From: Acinetobacter phage 133
Length of the DNA stretch: 64,000 nucleotides
Strand: one strand, 5' to 3'
Sequence record: HM114315.1
Shown: piece by piece, positions 8,905-18,120 of the stretch
Layout: each line of letters begins with the position of its first letter
How positions within the stretch are numbered: position 1 is the stretch's first letter
Position numbers and translations under genes: made by a program
The notes under the pieces: model-generated
The model's input: only the letters and a program-made list of their open reading frames with translations
Told to the model about the DNA's origin: nothing
The model's database searches: none

Positions 8905-9115
8905 GTTCTTTCTCCGAATAGAAAGTATCAATTTTTTGCGTAACCTCATCCATTGATGCCGCGTCAAATGACGGATGATCAATAAGTGGGCAATACGCTT
9001 CCCAAGAAGTTTCAACCATACCACACCCACATTGGCATGAGCTAGCTGAAGAGGAGAGGTGATACTCGCGGTAAACGATTTCACCCTTTTCTACTGAAAT
9101 TGTAATCTGGCGCAT
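8891..9115 (-). CDS. hypothetical Cys-rich small protein
   Basis: 74 aa with the cluster CQCGCG...CPL. Confidence 0.3.
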   Translation of the reverse strand: MRQITISVEKGEIVYREYHLSSSASSCQCGCGMVETSWEAYCPLIDHPSFDAASMDEVTQKIDTFYSEKEHASV

Positions 9116-9129
9116 GTTAATCTCGCGTT

Positions 9130-9200
9130 TGTTGACATGGAAGAATATTAAACCAATAAAAATATTTTGTAAACCCTAAAACGAAAAAAGGTCCCGAAGG
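9130..9200. repeat. intergenic repeat copy A (aatattaaacc..ataaaaa..gtaaaccctaaaacgaaaaa plus hairpin)
   Basis: Shares a 45-nt consensus with the copies at 27100..27175 and 32225..32295. Confidence 0.6.
9183..9196 (-). terminator. intrinsic terminator embedded in repeat copy A
   Basis: GGTCC-cgaa-GGACC hairpin with an adjacent run (A on plus, U on minus), downstream of ORF 9211..9531. Confidence 0.5.
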
Positions 9201-9210
9201 ACCATAAACC

Positions 9211-9531
9211 CTAGTTGTACTCTTTCTCGTCTACGTAAAACTCGATATCATGCATAATCCCATCGACAGTAACAACACCGGTTTCAAAATTAACATCCTT
9301 GACAAGAAATTTTACACGCCATGGATCAATTGTCCATCCAAATGGAGCTTTGCGATACGGACAAACATAATGTGCATTTGTAATTGTTTTGATTCCATCT
9401 TTAGTATTGATTTGGATTCCAGGGGCTCCAACGAATTGAACTACCCAACGTTCAGAAATGGTGTTACGAATGAAATCGTTATCCGTTGTCAATTTAACTT
9501 TTGATGAATCGAAAGAACTAACTTTAGCCAT
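9211..9531 (-). CDS. hypothetical protein
   Basis: 106-aa ORF followed by an intrinsic terminator. Confidence 0.4.
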   Translation of the reverse strand: MAKVSSFDSSKVKLTTDNDFIRNTISERWVVQFVGAPGIQINTKDGIKTITNAHYVCPYRKAPFGWTIDPWRVKFLVKDVNFETGVVTVDGIMHDIEFYVDEKEYN

Positions 9532-9541
9532 ATCAGTTTAC

Positions 9542-9790
9542 TCATTTTGTTGCATGATTTGATAGAAACTCGTTACGAGCAGCGTTTTGCAAGTCGCGTA
9601 CGAATTGAGTTTTTTGATCTATATCATCCCAACGAACACCATATTGCAGATACCCTTTTTCATCCAGCATCTGGTTGATGCTGGCAATGATCTTTGCTGG
9701 CACTCGGACGCCATTATTAGGACCCAGTGAAAAACAACGGTTATTTTTTAAGGTGAAAATAAGACTAGGAAGCACGATAATTGCACGCAT
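9542..9790 (-). CDS. hypothetical protein (start adjusted to MRAIIV)
   Basis: ORF track 9542..9835; the internal Met avoids overlap with the upstream gene. Confidence 0.3.
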   Translation of the reverse strand: MRAIIVLPSLIFTLKNNRCFSLGPNNGVRVPAKIIASINQMLDEKGYLQYGVRWDDIDQKTQFVRDLQNAARNEFLSNHATK

Positions 9791-9791
9791 A

Positions 9792-10073
9792 TTATTTCTC
9801 CACAGAAGTGTCAACAGGACGAACAGAATCAACATAAACCAGGTTTGCAGTTAGTGCTTTCAGTTCAAGGTCTAAGTTAAAAATAGTAGTGTCATTAATT
9901 GGTTCACCGATGTAACGGTGTAAGGCCGATTCGATATTTGCAACAACTTGTTTATTTGCAAGACGGTCAGCATGGTGAATATCCATTTTAATTGGGCATC
10001 CAGCTTGTACTGTAATTTTTACCATGCCGTAATCAAGAACAATTGGTTGTGTAGCAGATTGGATCAATTTCAT
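9792..10073 (-). CDS. hypothetical protein, first gene of the insertion after 43A
   Basis: 93 aa; its start overlaps the 43A stop. Confidence 0.4.
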   Translation of the reverse strand: MKLIQSATQPIVLDYGMVKITVQAGCPIKMDIHHADRLANKQVVANIESALHRYIGEPINDTTIFNLDLELKALTANLVYVDSVRPVDTSVEK

Positions 10074-11602
10074 TTTTTACGTCTCGCAAGTATTGATTTA
10101 ATTACCTCGGCATTTTGTTCTGCCGTGATCATTTTTTTCTTCCATTCTTTACGCTGTACAAACATTTTAGTGGTTTCAATAGGAATGATTCCCTCTAAAA
10201 CTTTATCGTACATCATACCGTTTGGAGCACAACTAAATTCGGAGCTAGGTCTTGGAGCAGTCTTATCAATATACTGTTCCTGCGTACCGGGGCTAAACAT
10301 ACCACGAATTGTTTCGGGGCTAATATTGACCTGGCGAATAATGCTCGGGTACAAACTTGTTAAGTCAAAGCTCATCACATATTTTTGAAGACTTGGTGGA
10401 ATCTCTTTAACAAACGCACCAGGGAACTTCTGTTTAATGTGGCTTTGTGACTCAGGCAATACTACCTTGGTTTCTTTAAGCGAATTGAATAAAATCGCAT
10501 CCCATGTTTTTACCGGCGAAAGTACCGATCCAATGTTGATCTTAGCGTAATACGCCAAAGCAAGAGACAAGTCAATGAATCCGCGCTTTTTATCAATCAT
10601 CTGTACACAGTACACATCAATGATGTTATAGCTGATGTAACGTTGGTGGTTGGTCTCACGGAGTTTGTTAATAGGACCATCATACTCTAATTTTGAGACA
10701 TCTGTCTCCGCTTCAGAAATATAATCCAATGAATATGACGGTTGAGTCGTAAAGCCGAACTTTTTGTACAAGTCCATATAGTCAAGCACGTTAATTCCAG
10801 CAATGGTGAATAACTCGGCTTCATTATCATACTTATCCCGCATGACTTTTGAAGTTACACGACCAAAAGGTGACATACGCTTGACGAATGTCTGACCCAG
10901 CACATTCTTGATGCGGTTCATCACATATGGAATATCGAACTTGTCACAGTTCCAACCGGTCAACACCGCAGGAGGTTTCTGCTCAAATAAGTTGATATAC
11001 TCAAGCAATAATTCTCGTTCATTGTCAAATGGCATATAGACAACACGATCTAAAATGTGTTGAGGTACCATGTCCCCGCCTTCAGCTTCGGCCTTAGCCG
11101 CTATTTTCGCGCACCATTGATCCACAGTGGCCGATGTACTATGAGTTAAGTCAAATACATAGTAAGCATCATCAATTGAGTCATAATGTGTTATGGCATC
11201 AATCTCGTACACTGCAAGCATTGGTTCAGGGAAGTCAATACCGGTTACCTCGATGTCAAAATAAACAGTGCGGATTTTGGACTTATCGAATTCAACGTCG
11301 TCCTTGTAGATATCGCTGATATACGCCAGACGAAAGTCGTCCATGCCCATAATTTCAACGATGCCTTTTGTCTCGCGCATCCACTGTCGACAAGATGAAA
11401 TCCCATCAAACTTACGAGGTTTAGCATACTTTCCATAGATGTCTTTGTATTCAGACTCATCTTGGGTATGTACGAACATTGTTGGACCATAGTTAACCGA
11501 TCGAATTTGATCCTGTCCATCCACATCAATGTAACGCTCTAAAATTTCACCCCGATTGATGTCAACGTTAATATAAAATTCAGGTTTCATCAATTTCTCC
11601 AA
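10070..11602 (-). CDS. 43A: DNA polymerase gp43, N-terminal segment (43A; 3'-5' exonuclease plus N-terminal palm)
   Basis: 510 aa. Exo I motif FDIEVTG. Matches the T4 gp43 N-terminal half. Stops before the motif-C region, which is encoded separately. Confidence 0.85.
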   Translation of the reverse strand: MEKLMKPEFYINVDINRGEILERYIDVDGQDQIRSVNYGPTMFVHTQDESEYKDIYGKYAKPRKFDGISSCRQWMRETKGIVEIMGMDDFRLAYISDIYKDDVEFDKSKIRTVYFDIEVTGIDFPEPMLAVYEIDAITHYDSIDDAYYVFDLTHSTSATVDQWCAKIAAKAEAEGGDMVPQHILDRVVYMPFDNERELLLEYINLFEQKPPAVLTGWNCDKFDIPYVMNRIKNVLGQTFVKRMSPFGRVTSKVMRDKYDNEAELFTIAGINVLDYMDLYKKFGFTTQPSYSLDYISEAETDVSKLEYDGPINKLRETNHQRYISYNIIDVYCVQMIDKKRGFIDLSLALAYYAKINIGSVLSPVKTWDAILFNSLKETKVVLPESQSHIKQKFPGAFVKEIPPSLQKYVMSFDLTSLYPSIIRQVNISPETIRGMFSPGTQEQYIDKTAPRPSSEFSCAPNGMMYDKVLEGIIPIETTKMFVQRKEWKKKMITAEQNAEVIKSILARRKK

Positions 11603-11607
11603 AAAGC

Positions 11608-11642
11608 ATCAGAACTAATTTTAACATTTAGCCCTGATGCAA
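11608..11642 (-). promoter_or_regulatory. hairpin plus U-tract immediately upstream of the 43A Shine-Dalgarno
   Basis: Minus strand: GCATCAG-22nt-CTGATGC, then UUUUUGGAGAAAUUG-AUG. Confidence 0.4.
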
Positions 11643-11645
11643 ATG

Positions 11646-12002
11646 TCATTTGCCAATTGTATACTTTGGAACTAATTTCCATTCTGCTTTTTGAGAGTGT
11701 TTAATAATACGGAAGTTATTGGTTGGTACCAAGTCAGTCTGGGTTTCAATCTGGCATAAATCCCAAGACTCAAGCATTGTTGCGATAGATAAAGTACGTA
11801 CTTTATCTTCTTCGGTAATATCAGTTGGTTTACCATCAAGCTTCAAGAGGTCTTTGAAGTGTGCAATATAATAGCGGCCTTGCTTTTGCAAAATGTGGCA
11901 ACTTTGGTACAATACTTTGTCACGGCTATTGGCAATGCCCATGCGAGTTAGGGTTTCTTTAATCTGTAAGAATGCACCTTGATGTGGAGTAATTTCAATC
12001 AT
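11646..12002 (-). CDS. regA: RegA translational repressor
   Basis: 118 aa; near-identical stretches to T4 RegA (MIEIT...LTRMGIAN..KVLYQSCHILQK...EWKLVPKYTIG). Confidence 0.85.
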   Translation of the reverse strand: MIEITPHQGAFLQIKETLTRMGIANSRDKVLYQSCHILQKQGRYYIAHFKDLLKLDGKPTDITEEDKVRTLSIATMLESWDLCQIETQTDLVPTNNFRIIKHSQKAEWKLVPKYTIGK

Positions 12003-12562
12003 ACTAATTTCCTTAACTCTTTTTGAGTTTTTACATTTTTGGTGATGGTTTTTAAAAACGCATCAGTTACATAAGAAGAACAACGTTTCAGGTCAGACTC
12101 AAGACGGCCATTCTTTGTAAGAATTGTTTTGTACATTTTGGCATCGAGTTCATTGATATCATATAACAACATCAATAAGCGAATGACAAAGGTTTCTTTA
12201 ACGTCTTCATCAAGCTTGGCTTTAGATGCATATCGCTTGCCATGAGGAACTGCGTGCAGAAGATATCTAAAATGATCCTGGTCGCGCAATGTCTTGATAC
12301 CCAGGTTTGCCATATAGGCAGGATACAATGCGTCTGTATGGAGAGATAAGAGCTCAGTAATTAAGAACTTTGAATATGAGTCATCAACCATACGATGCTG
12401 CTTAAGATGATTAATCGCATTTAAATTTGCGAATAACTCAGACTCAGCAGATTCTTTATAGGAATCTGCTAGCTCTTTAACTTTTGCCCAATCTTTATCT
12501 TCCCATGCTATTTGATGCTCATTTAATTCGGGAGCTTGGATAAGATCAGTCAATAAGAACAT
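11999..12562 (-). CDS. 62: clamp loader small subunit gp62
   Basis: 187 aa, the same length as T4 gp62. Sits between 44 and regA. Confidence 0.75.
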   Translation of the reverse strand: MFLLTDLIQAPELNEHQIAWEDKDWAKVKELADSYKESAESELFANLNAINHLKQHRMVDDSYSKFLITELLSLHTDALYPAYMANLGIKTLRDQDHFRYLLHAVPHGKRYASKAKLDEDVKETFVIRLLMLLYDINELDAKMYKTILTKNGRLESDLKRCSSYVTDAFLKTITKNVKTQKELRKLV

Positions 12563-12563
12563 A

Positions 12564-13523
12564 TTAAATCCATTTCAATGTAAAGGCAAGACGAGCAACC
12601 AACATGCGCATATGTACTTTGTGGGAACCTGCAATACCGTAGAATTGGTTATTTTCGCCCATGATTTCAATTAATTGAACTTTGGATTGATCATCCACTA
12701 AAGGATAAATTTTGTCCATCAGTTGTTCAATTACGCTTGCATAGGAACCGACGTACTTATCGACCATAGGGAAAATCATTTTTACATCTTTTGTACGAAT
12801 TACGTGCATAAGATCTGATAAATCACGTTGTTCCAATACCAGGGTTAAAATACCCGAATCAATCACTTTATTCGAGCTATACAAATCCAGCAAGTTGGTA
12901 ACTTTACGGAAATCAGGGAAGTTCTGTAATACCAGAGCACCCAATACTTTAGGCTCCAGGATTTCGATCCCTTCGTTCGCACAAATTAATTGAGCGCGTT
13001 TAACCATTTGCACCATCATGGATTTGCGATCGGTTTCAGACGGAGTACCAAACTTAATTACTCGAGAACGAGAACGTAATGGCTTAACGATACCTTCCAA
13101 GTTATTCGCAGTAATGATAACTGAACAGTTATCACCGTATGCTTCCATGAAAGTACGCATATGAAGTTGTGCATCTTGTAAACCGTTACGGTCAAATTCA
13201 TCAATGACAATTACTTTTGGTCGACCATCATTTGAAAGAGAAGACGCAAACGTGGTTAACGGACCTCGCACAAAATCAATTTTACAATCAGACCCATTTA
13301 CAAACAACATATGGGCGTCAACACCATTGCATAATGCTCGTGCCACTGTTGTTTTGCCAGTACCAGGCTGGTCTGAATGTAGAATAAGATGCGGAATATT
13401 TCCAGATGCCACAATTGCTTTAAGAATGGCCTTATCCGCAGCAGGTAAAATGCACTCGTCAATATTATCAGGACGGTACTTCAATTCGAACATATGTTGG
13501 GTTTTATCAATTGAAAGTGTCAT
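12564..13523 (-). CDS. 44: clamp loader large subunit gp44 (AAA+)
   Basis: 319 aa. Walker A GTGKTT. Extensive identity to T4 gp44 (KYRP..IDECILPA, SNCSIIITANN). Confidence 0.9.
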   Translation of the reverse strand: MTLSIDKTQHMFELKYRPDNIDECILPAADKAILKAIVASGNIPHLILHSDQPGTGKTTVARALCNGVDAHMLFVNGSDCKIDFVRGPLTTFASSLSNDGRPKVIVIDEFDRNGLQDAQLHMRTFMEAYGDNCSVIITANNLEGIVKPLRSRSRVIKFGTPSETDRKSMMVQMVKRAQLICANEGIEILEPKVLGALVLQNFPDFRKVTNLLDLYSSNKVIDSGILTLVLEQRDLSDLMHVIRTKDVKMIFPMVDKYVGSYASVIEQLMDKIYPLVDDQSKVQLIEIMGENNQFYGIAGSHKVHMRMLVARLAFTLKWI

Positions 13524-13532
13524 TTTTTCACC

Positions 13533-14222
13533 TTAGAAACTGTGGCTTGAAGTTTTTTCTACAGAGATAATGTGCAATGCGCTTGCACTTTCGAAGCATG
13601 ATGCAATCTGCTTATCTTTAGCAAAGAACTTCACTTTATAATCATCCACTGGAATTTTCATGTTCTGCATATGAAGTACAAACTTAAATGGGGTGTTTAC
13701 TGGGCATGGCCCCATGTCAAGCGATACTAAAGGATTTGCTAAGTCTGCATCAGTAATGCGGTTGTAGCCGTCCATTACAATGCGATCGTCTTTCTTAGAA
13801 ACGGCGATCAAGTCAACAGCCAAGGCACGGGACACTCGTGTAAATTGTGACCAGTCATCGGATTTTAATTCAAACTCAATGGTCCCAGGTGGGAATACTG
13901 CAGTGCGAGCAGGAGTTAGAATTTTTTCAACATCAATTGTCGGCCAATAAATTACAGAACGCTCGCCTCGAATCGCTAAGCTGCCGTCAACCACCGTCAC
14001 ATTGGCATCTGCATCGGCAAGTTGCAAAATTGATAAGAAACCTGCTAAATCATGAATCGCGCATTCAATATCAATATTATCTTCAATTGTCGCATGGGCA
14101 TAGTTCGTAGTTGCACGGTTTGCAGTGCGGACCAGGTTGCCCGGGGTCAAATGAATTGATGGGTTAATAGTTGCAAAGTTTTTAAGCACAGCAATAGTAT
14201 TTTTACTAAATTTCATATTCAC
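13533..14222 (-). CDS. 45: sliding clamp gp45
   Basis: 229 aa. N-terminus M.FSKNTIAVLKNFATIN matches T4 gp45. Confidence 0.9.
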   Translation of the reverse strand: MNMKFSKNTIAVLKNFATINPSIHLTPGNLVRTANRATTNYAHATIEDNIDIECAIHDLAGFLSILQLADADANVTVVDGSLAIRGERSVIYWPTIDVEKILTPARTAVFPPGTIEFELKSDDWSQFTRVSRALAVDLIAVSKKDDRIVMDGYNRITDADLANPLVSLDMGPCPVNTPFKFVLHMQNMKIPVDDYKVKFFAKDKQIASCFESASALHIISVEKTSSHSF

Positions 14223-14223
14223 C

Positions 14224-14589
14224 TCAAGGTTGTTGAACAGATAATTGAATTACTTCAAGAGCAGCATCAATAAGCATTTGATCTTGTTGATCGCAATATT
14301 CATCCGGTAAACGGTAGAAACCATTTACTCGAATCATTTTAACACCGTTTGCCAAAGCGTCTTCACGATGTTGACGCATTTTGCTGATCCAAAGTTCAAG
14401 GACTTCTTTATCCAACGATTTGTACAATGCTCGACGTGATTCCAAAGGCATGGCCTGGTACATTTCACGGAGTGTATCAGGAGTTTGAAGGACCCAAGCT
14501 TTACGGATTTTTGTATCTGCAGAATCTGAAATTTTGCCTTGAATATCTTGAACTGTAATAGTATTCATAACTACTCCACTAATAACCAT
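14224..14589 (-). CDS. RpbA-like RNA polymerase-binding protein (by position)
   Basis: 121-aa ORF directly upstream of gene 45, as T4 rpbA is. Confidence 0.4.
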   Translation of the reverse strand: MVISGVVMNTITVQDIQGKISDSADTKIRKAWVLQTPDTLREMYQAMPLESRRALYKSLDKEVLELWISKMRQHREDALANGVKMIRVNGFYRLPDEYCDQQDQMLIDAALEVIQLSVQQP

Positions 14590-14750
14590 AATTCATGTCG
14601 ACCCGATCGGATTCGGGCCAACTCATCTTCATTTTTGAATCGTTCGCGTAACATTGCATCAGTTACGCGAAACTCTTCATTATTGTAGAGGCAAATCAAT
14701 GTATATTGCTTAACCTCTGGGTAACATTCTAATTCATTTATTTCAAGCAT
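14571..14750 (-). CDS. hypothetical small protein
   Basis: Small ORF between gene 46 and the rpbA-like gene, in the position of T4 46.1/45.2. Confidence 0.3.
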   Translation of the reverse strand: MLEINELECYPEVKQYTLICLYNNEEFRVTDAMLRERFKNEDELARIRSGRHELWLLVE

Positions 14751-16446
14751 TTGAAATGGTTTCCAACACACTAAACCGGCCGACTTTACGCATTTTTAAG
14801 TGTTGCCCATAGTCATCCGGGTTGTGATCACGGTGAGAAATAATAAAGCAATTTAAATCTGGAATAGAATTTAAGATCTGCTGAATTGCTTTAACCCCTT
14901 CGGCGTCCGTTGCCCCATCAGCAACTTCGTCCAAAATCAATGTTGATATATTAACACCTGTTACCGCCGAAGCAATCTTACGCCAAGTAAAAAGTAATGC
15001 AATGTCAATACGAGCTTTTTCGCCCTGACTGAACGAAGCATAACTAAAGTCTTCTCGACCTCGAGACTTGATGGATTCCCCAAATTCCTGGTTTAACGTG
15101 AATACATAATCAGCACCCATAATCTGCAAGTATTCATTGATGTATTTATTGAACAGAGGAACGTATTTCTGTACAATTGCGCCTTTAATACCAGAGTCCT
15201 TGAGCATTTCGGTAATACATCCGCGGCGGTACTTATCCATGACCATATCGGCCTTGTTTGTGTACTCGGCGTTTAGATCATCTTGTAAAGCCTGGATCTG
15301 CTGACTGTTATCAACATATTCTTTACTGGCTTCTTCAATCAGCGCTTTGATCTTCTTGGCCTGCCCTACCGCAGCCACAGCAGCGCTCTTAAATTGAGCC
15401 TGTTCGCTCTGTAAGGCGCGTATTTGATTTACGGCTGATAAGTATAAGCGTTGATCGTCTTGAGCTGAATTAAGCGACGCAGTGAGCGTATGGGCTGCTG
15501 TATCTTCAGCATCGCGGCGAGCTTTAATTTGGCCCACCAATTGAGGATTGCTCAACGGTTGAATGCAGGTCGGACACACCCCACCAGTATTGTATAGGTG
15601 TAGCACTTTATCATATTGATGACATTTTTGATCATGGACCGCCAAGTCGCGTTGGATGCGACCGATTTCCGTCGTCAAATCTGGAGGCGAAATGATTGCA
15701 TTAATTTTTTCCGAATGGGCAATAGCCTTATCCTTATTGGCGTTCACAATAGCAACTTGTTCATCGTACATTTTGTTTAAACGTATCAAGTTATCACCCG
15801 ATAAACGTTTCTGCTTTTCATCATGGTCCTGGTGGGTCTTGATTTGAATATTCAGGTGCTGAATTCGTTGGTCGCATAAAGATTGAGCAGTGTTTAGTTC
15901 CCGAATTGCAGTCTTATTCAACTTATCCATATCTGCAAGGACTGTGATTTCCAATAGGTCTTCAACTAGCTTGCGGCGGTTTGGTGCAGTCAATGCCATA
16001 AATGGAGTATAACCCGCCGTACCTAATACAATGATCTGTTTGAATGAGTTATAGTTCAATCCGATCAATTGTTCAAAGTATTCTTGGAAGTCTTTAGCCG
16101 AGGCTGACTCATCTAATGGAACACCATCACGTTTGATTTCAAAGATTGTGGGTTTCTGACCACGACGAACTTCAAATAATGAACCGTTAAAACGGATATC
16201 CACCTCAACCAGTTGGTCTTTTTTGTTCATTGAGTTAATAAGTTGACCTTTCTTAATGTCACGGAATGGTCGTCCAAAGATGCCAAATGTTAAAGCTTCA
16301 ATAAAGGTGGATTTACCGTCACCGTTTTTCCCTGTGACCAGGGACTTATGGCAACGATTCAAAAAGATTTCAATTGGCTGTTGTCCAACCGATAAGGTGT
16401 TTTTATATTTCACCCGTAAGATTTCAAGTTTTTTCATGCTGTACAC
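14743..16446 (-). CDS. 46: recombination endonuclease subunit gp46 (Rad50/SbcC-like ATPase)
   Basis: 567 aa. Walker A GKNGDGKST. Coiled-coil middle region. Matches T4 gp46. Confidence 0.85.
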   Translation of the reverse strand: MYSMKKLEILRVKYKNTLSVGQQPIEIFLNRCHKSLVTGKNGDGKSTFIEALTFGIFGRPFRDIKKGQLINSMNKKDQLVEVDIRFNGSLFEVRRGQKPTIFEIKRDGVPLDESASAKDFQEYFEQLIGLNYNSFKQIIVLGTAGYTPFMALTAPNRRKLVEDLLEITVLADMDKLNKTAIRELNTAQSLCDQRIQHLNIQIKTHQDHDEKQKRLSGDNLIRLNKMYDEQVAIVNANKDKAIAHSEKINAIISPPDLTTEIGRIQRDLAVHDQKCHQYDKVLHLYNTGGVCPTCIQPLSNPQLVGQIKARRDAEDTAAHTLTASLNSAQDDQRLYLSAVNQIRALQSEQAQFKSAAVAAVGQAKKIKALIEEASKEYVDNSQQIQALQDDLNAEYTNKADMVMDKYRRGCITEMLKDSGIKGAIVQKYVPLFNKYINEYLQIMGADYVFTLNQEFGESIKSRGREDFSYASFSQGEKARIDIALLFTWRKIASAVTGVNISTLILDEVADGATDAEGVKAIQQILNSIPDLNCFIISHRDHNPDDYGQHLKMRKVGRFSVLETISNA

Positions 16447-17456
16447 TCAATCCACAACTGTTTAACCATATGTTTAATTGCAACGACATCTTCGGGGGTA
16501 CACTCCGGCATTGATGCTACATATTCATCCATTAACTCAGGCATTGACTTGATGGTCAAATCAATTTCTTCACCTTCTGCTAATTCAATGGAATTATCAA
16601 TACCTGATACCGTGCGCAAACTATGTACCACTTTTTCCAATTCATTTTCAAATGCCGGTAAATTCTTATCAACCGCTTCAATAACAACCCGCACCGACTT
16701 ATTTTTGAATTTTGAAAAATCAATGTCTGTAGCTGGGTAATAAATCTTCTCATGCCACATTGTTTCATTTTCAATGAAAGTGTACTTACGAGTTTCAGTG
16801 TCTAGGATTACAAATCCGCGAGGATCATTCTCATCACCAGCCGTTAAAGTATACGGGGTGCCAATATACTCGATGTTGCCTTTCTTTGATCGGGTGTGAA
16901 AGTGGCCAGACACGACGTGTTCGTATTTGGATAAGAAATCCGATTCAATACCATGAGATTTCAGTCCCTTGTAGAACCAGAACCCATTTAATTCCCAATG
17001 CCCAACACAATGGGTCGCAGCTGAGGTTTTAATATGTGTTAGGATTTCACTTGTATTGGTACTACACATCCAAGGAATAAGATCAATCCAGAGTCCATCA
17101 TAATCAACGGTAGTCGGTTTATCGTACACCTTGATATTGCTGTAATGTGTGAGTAACTCGGTGCAAGCGTTTGGGTTAACCGTATTTTTATGGTGCATAT
17201 CATGGTTGCCCACGATCACATCAATTTCAATACCTTCCGCAGCAATTTGTTCACACATCTCACGGTTAAATTCTAACGTGGTATGAGTAATCGCTTTGCG
17301 CACATCAAACCAGTCCCCAGTCTGAATCCACTTTTTAATACCATATTTGCGGCTAATTTCAATTGCTTGGCGAATACCATCGCGTTGAATAAATTGAATC
17401 CAGGGGTCATCCTGTTTAGCACCAAAGTGTAAATCGCCCAAATGTAAAATTTTCAT
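16434..17456 (-). CDS. 47: recombination endonuclease subunit gp47 (Mre11/SbcD-like)
   Basis: 340 aa. MKILHLGDLHFG phosphoesterase motif I. GNHD. Confidence 0.85.
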   Translation of the reverse strand: MKILHLGDLHFGAKQDDPWIQFIQRDGIRQAIEISRKYGIKKWIQTGDWFDVRKAITHTTLEFNREMCEQIAAEGIEIDVIVGNHDMHHKNTVNPNACTELLTHYSNIKVYDKPTTVDYDGLWIDLIPWMCSTNTSEILTHIKTSAATHCVGHWELNGFWFYKGLKSHGIESDFLSKYEHVVSGHFHTRSKKGNIEYIGTPYTLTAGDENDPRGFVILDTETRKYTFIENETMWHEKIYYPATDIDFSKFKNKSVRVVIEAVDKNLPAFENELEKVVHSLRTVSGIDNSIELAEGEEIDLTIKSMPELMDEYVASMPECTPEDVVAIKHMVKQLWIECTA

Positions 17457-17459
17457 TGT

Positions 17460-17717
17460 TTAACTGCCTCGTGAATGGTCCAAAAGAAAATCATTACTCG
17501 TCAGACCGCGTTTGCATAAAGTTGTTACTACTGTAACGCCCCCGGTCGAAGCAATAAAGGCATTACCAACATAAACTTTGACGCTTTTTGTACAGCGTTT
17601 ACTCCGTGTAAATCGAGTCTTTAATTCATACCGGTACAATTTGTAATTGCCCATGTGTAAACCATAAAATAGTGGTGGTAAAGGTTTAAAAGGTTTAGTT
17701 TTCATATCATACTCCAA
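17460..17717 (-). CDS. hypothetical small protein
   Basis: 85-aa ORF immediately downstream of gene 47. Confidence 0.35.
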   Translation of the reverse strand: MEYDMKTKPFKPLPPLFYGLHMGNYKLYRYELKTRFTRSKRCTKSVKVYVGNAFIASTGGVTVVTTLCKRGLTSNDFLLDHSRGS

Positions 17718-17750
17718 AAAAACTTACTTATATTATCATGCTTAAATGAA

Positions 17751-17770
17751 AAAAGGAGCCGAGGCTCCTT
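17751..17770 (-). terminator. intrinsic terminator
   Basis: AAGGAGCC-gag-GCTCCTT hairpin with a flanking A/T run, between 17773..18120 and 17460..17717. Confidence 0.5.
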
Positions 17771-17772
17771 AA

Positions 17773-18120
17773 TTATTTTACTTCTTGTTTCATTTTGACC
17801 ATTTCTTCACGGGCCAACAGAATCAATGCGGCATTATTACGATTCCACATTTCATCAGCTTCAGCAGTAGATAATGGTTTCTGACGATAGATACGACGCA
17901 GTTTTTGAATCGCGTATACATACCCGAACTTATTGCCTTCGATCATTGACTTTTCGGCCCAGGCCTTCAGGCGAGTAATTTCACGGCGGTTCTTTTTCAA
18001 GATTTTCTTGACTCGCTGATCAACTTCCTTTTTAACGTACTCTTCTTGTGCTTTGGCCAAAATATCATCATCATGATTTGGATCAAGGTCAACTTGGGAT
18101 AGATCAGTCGGTAGATTCAT
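17773..18120 (-). CDS. hypothetical protein (55.x position)
   Basis: The ORF track runs to 18168. Start taken at MNLPTDL, which overlaps the gp55 stop by about 17 nt. Confidence 0.35.
   Translation of the reverse strand: MNLPTDLSQVDLDPNHDDDILAKAQEEYVKKEVDQRVKKILKKNRREITRLKAWAEKSMIEGNKFGYVYAIQKLRRIYRQKPLSTAEADEMWNRNNAALILLAREEMVKMKQEVK

Noticed and set aside
8620-9084. Full-length 154-aa ORF as given in the track
   Set aside because: The N-terminal 60 residues are Arg/Leu/His-rich and overlap the better-supported 74-aa ORF (8891..9115) in another frame. The start was therefore moved to the internal Met at 8904.
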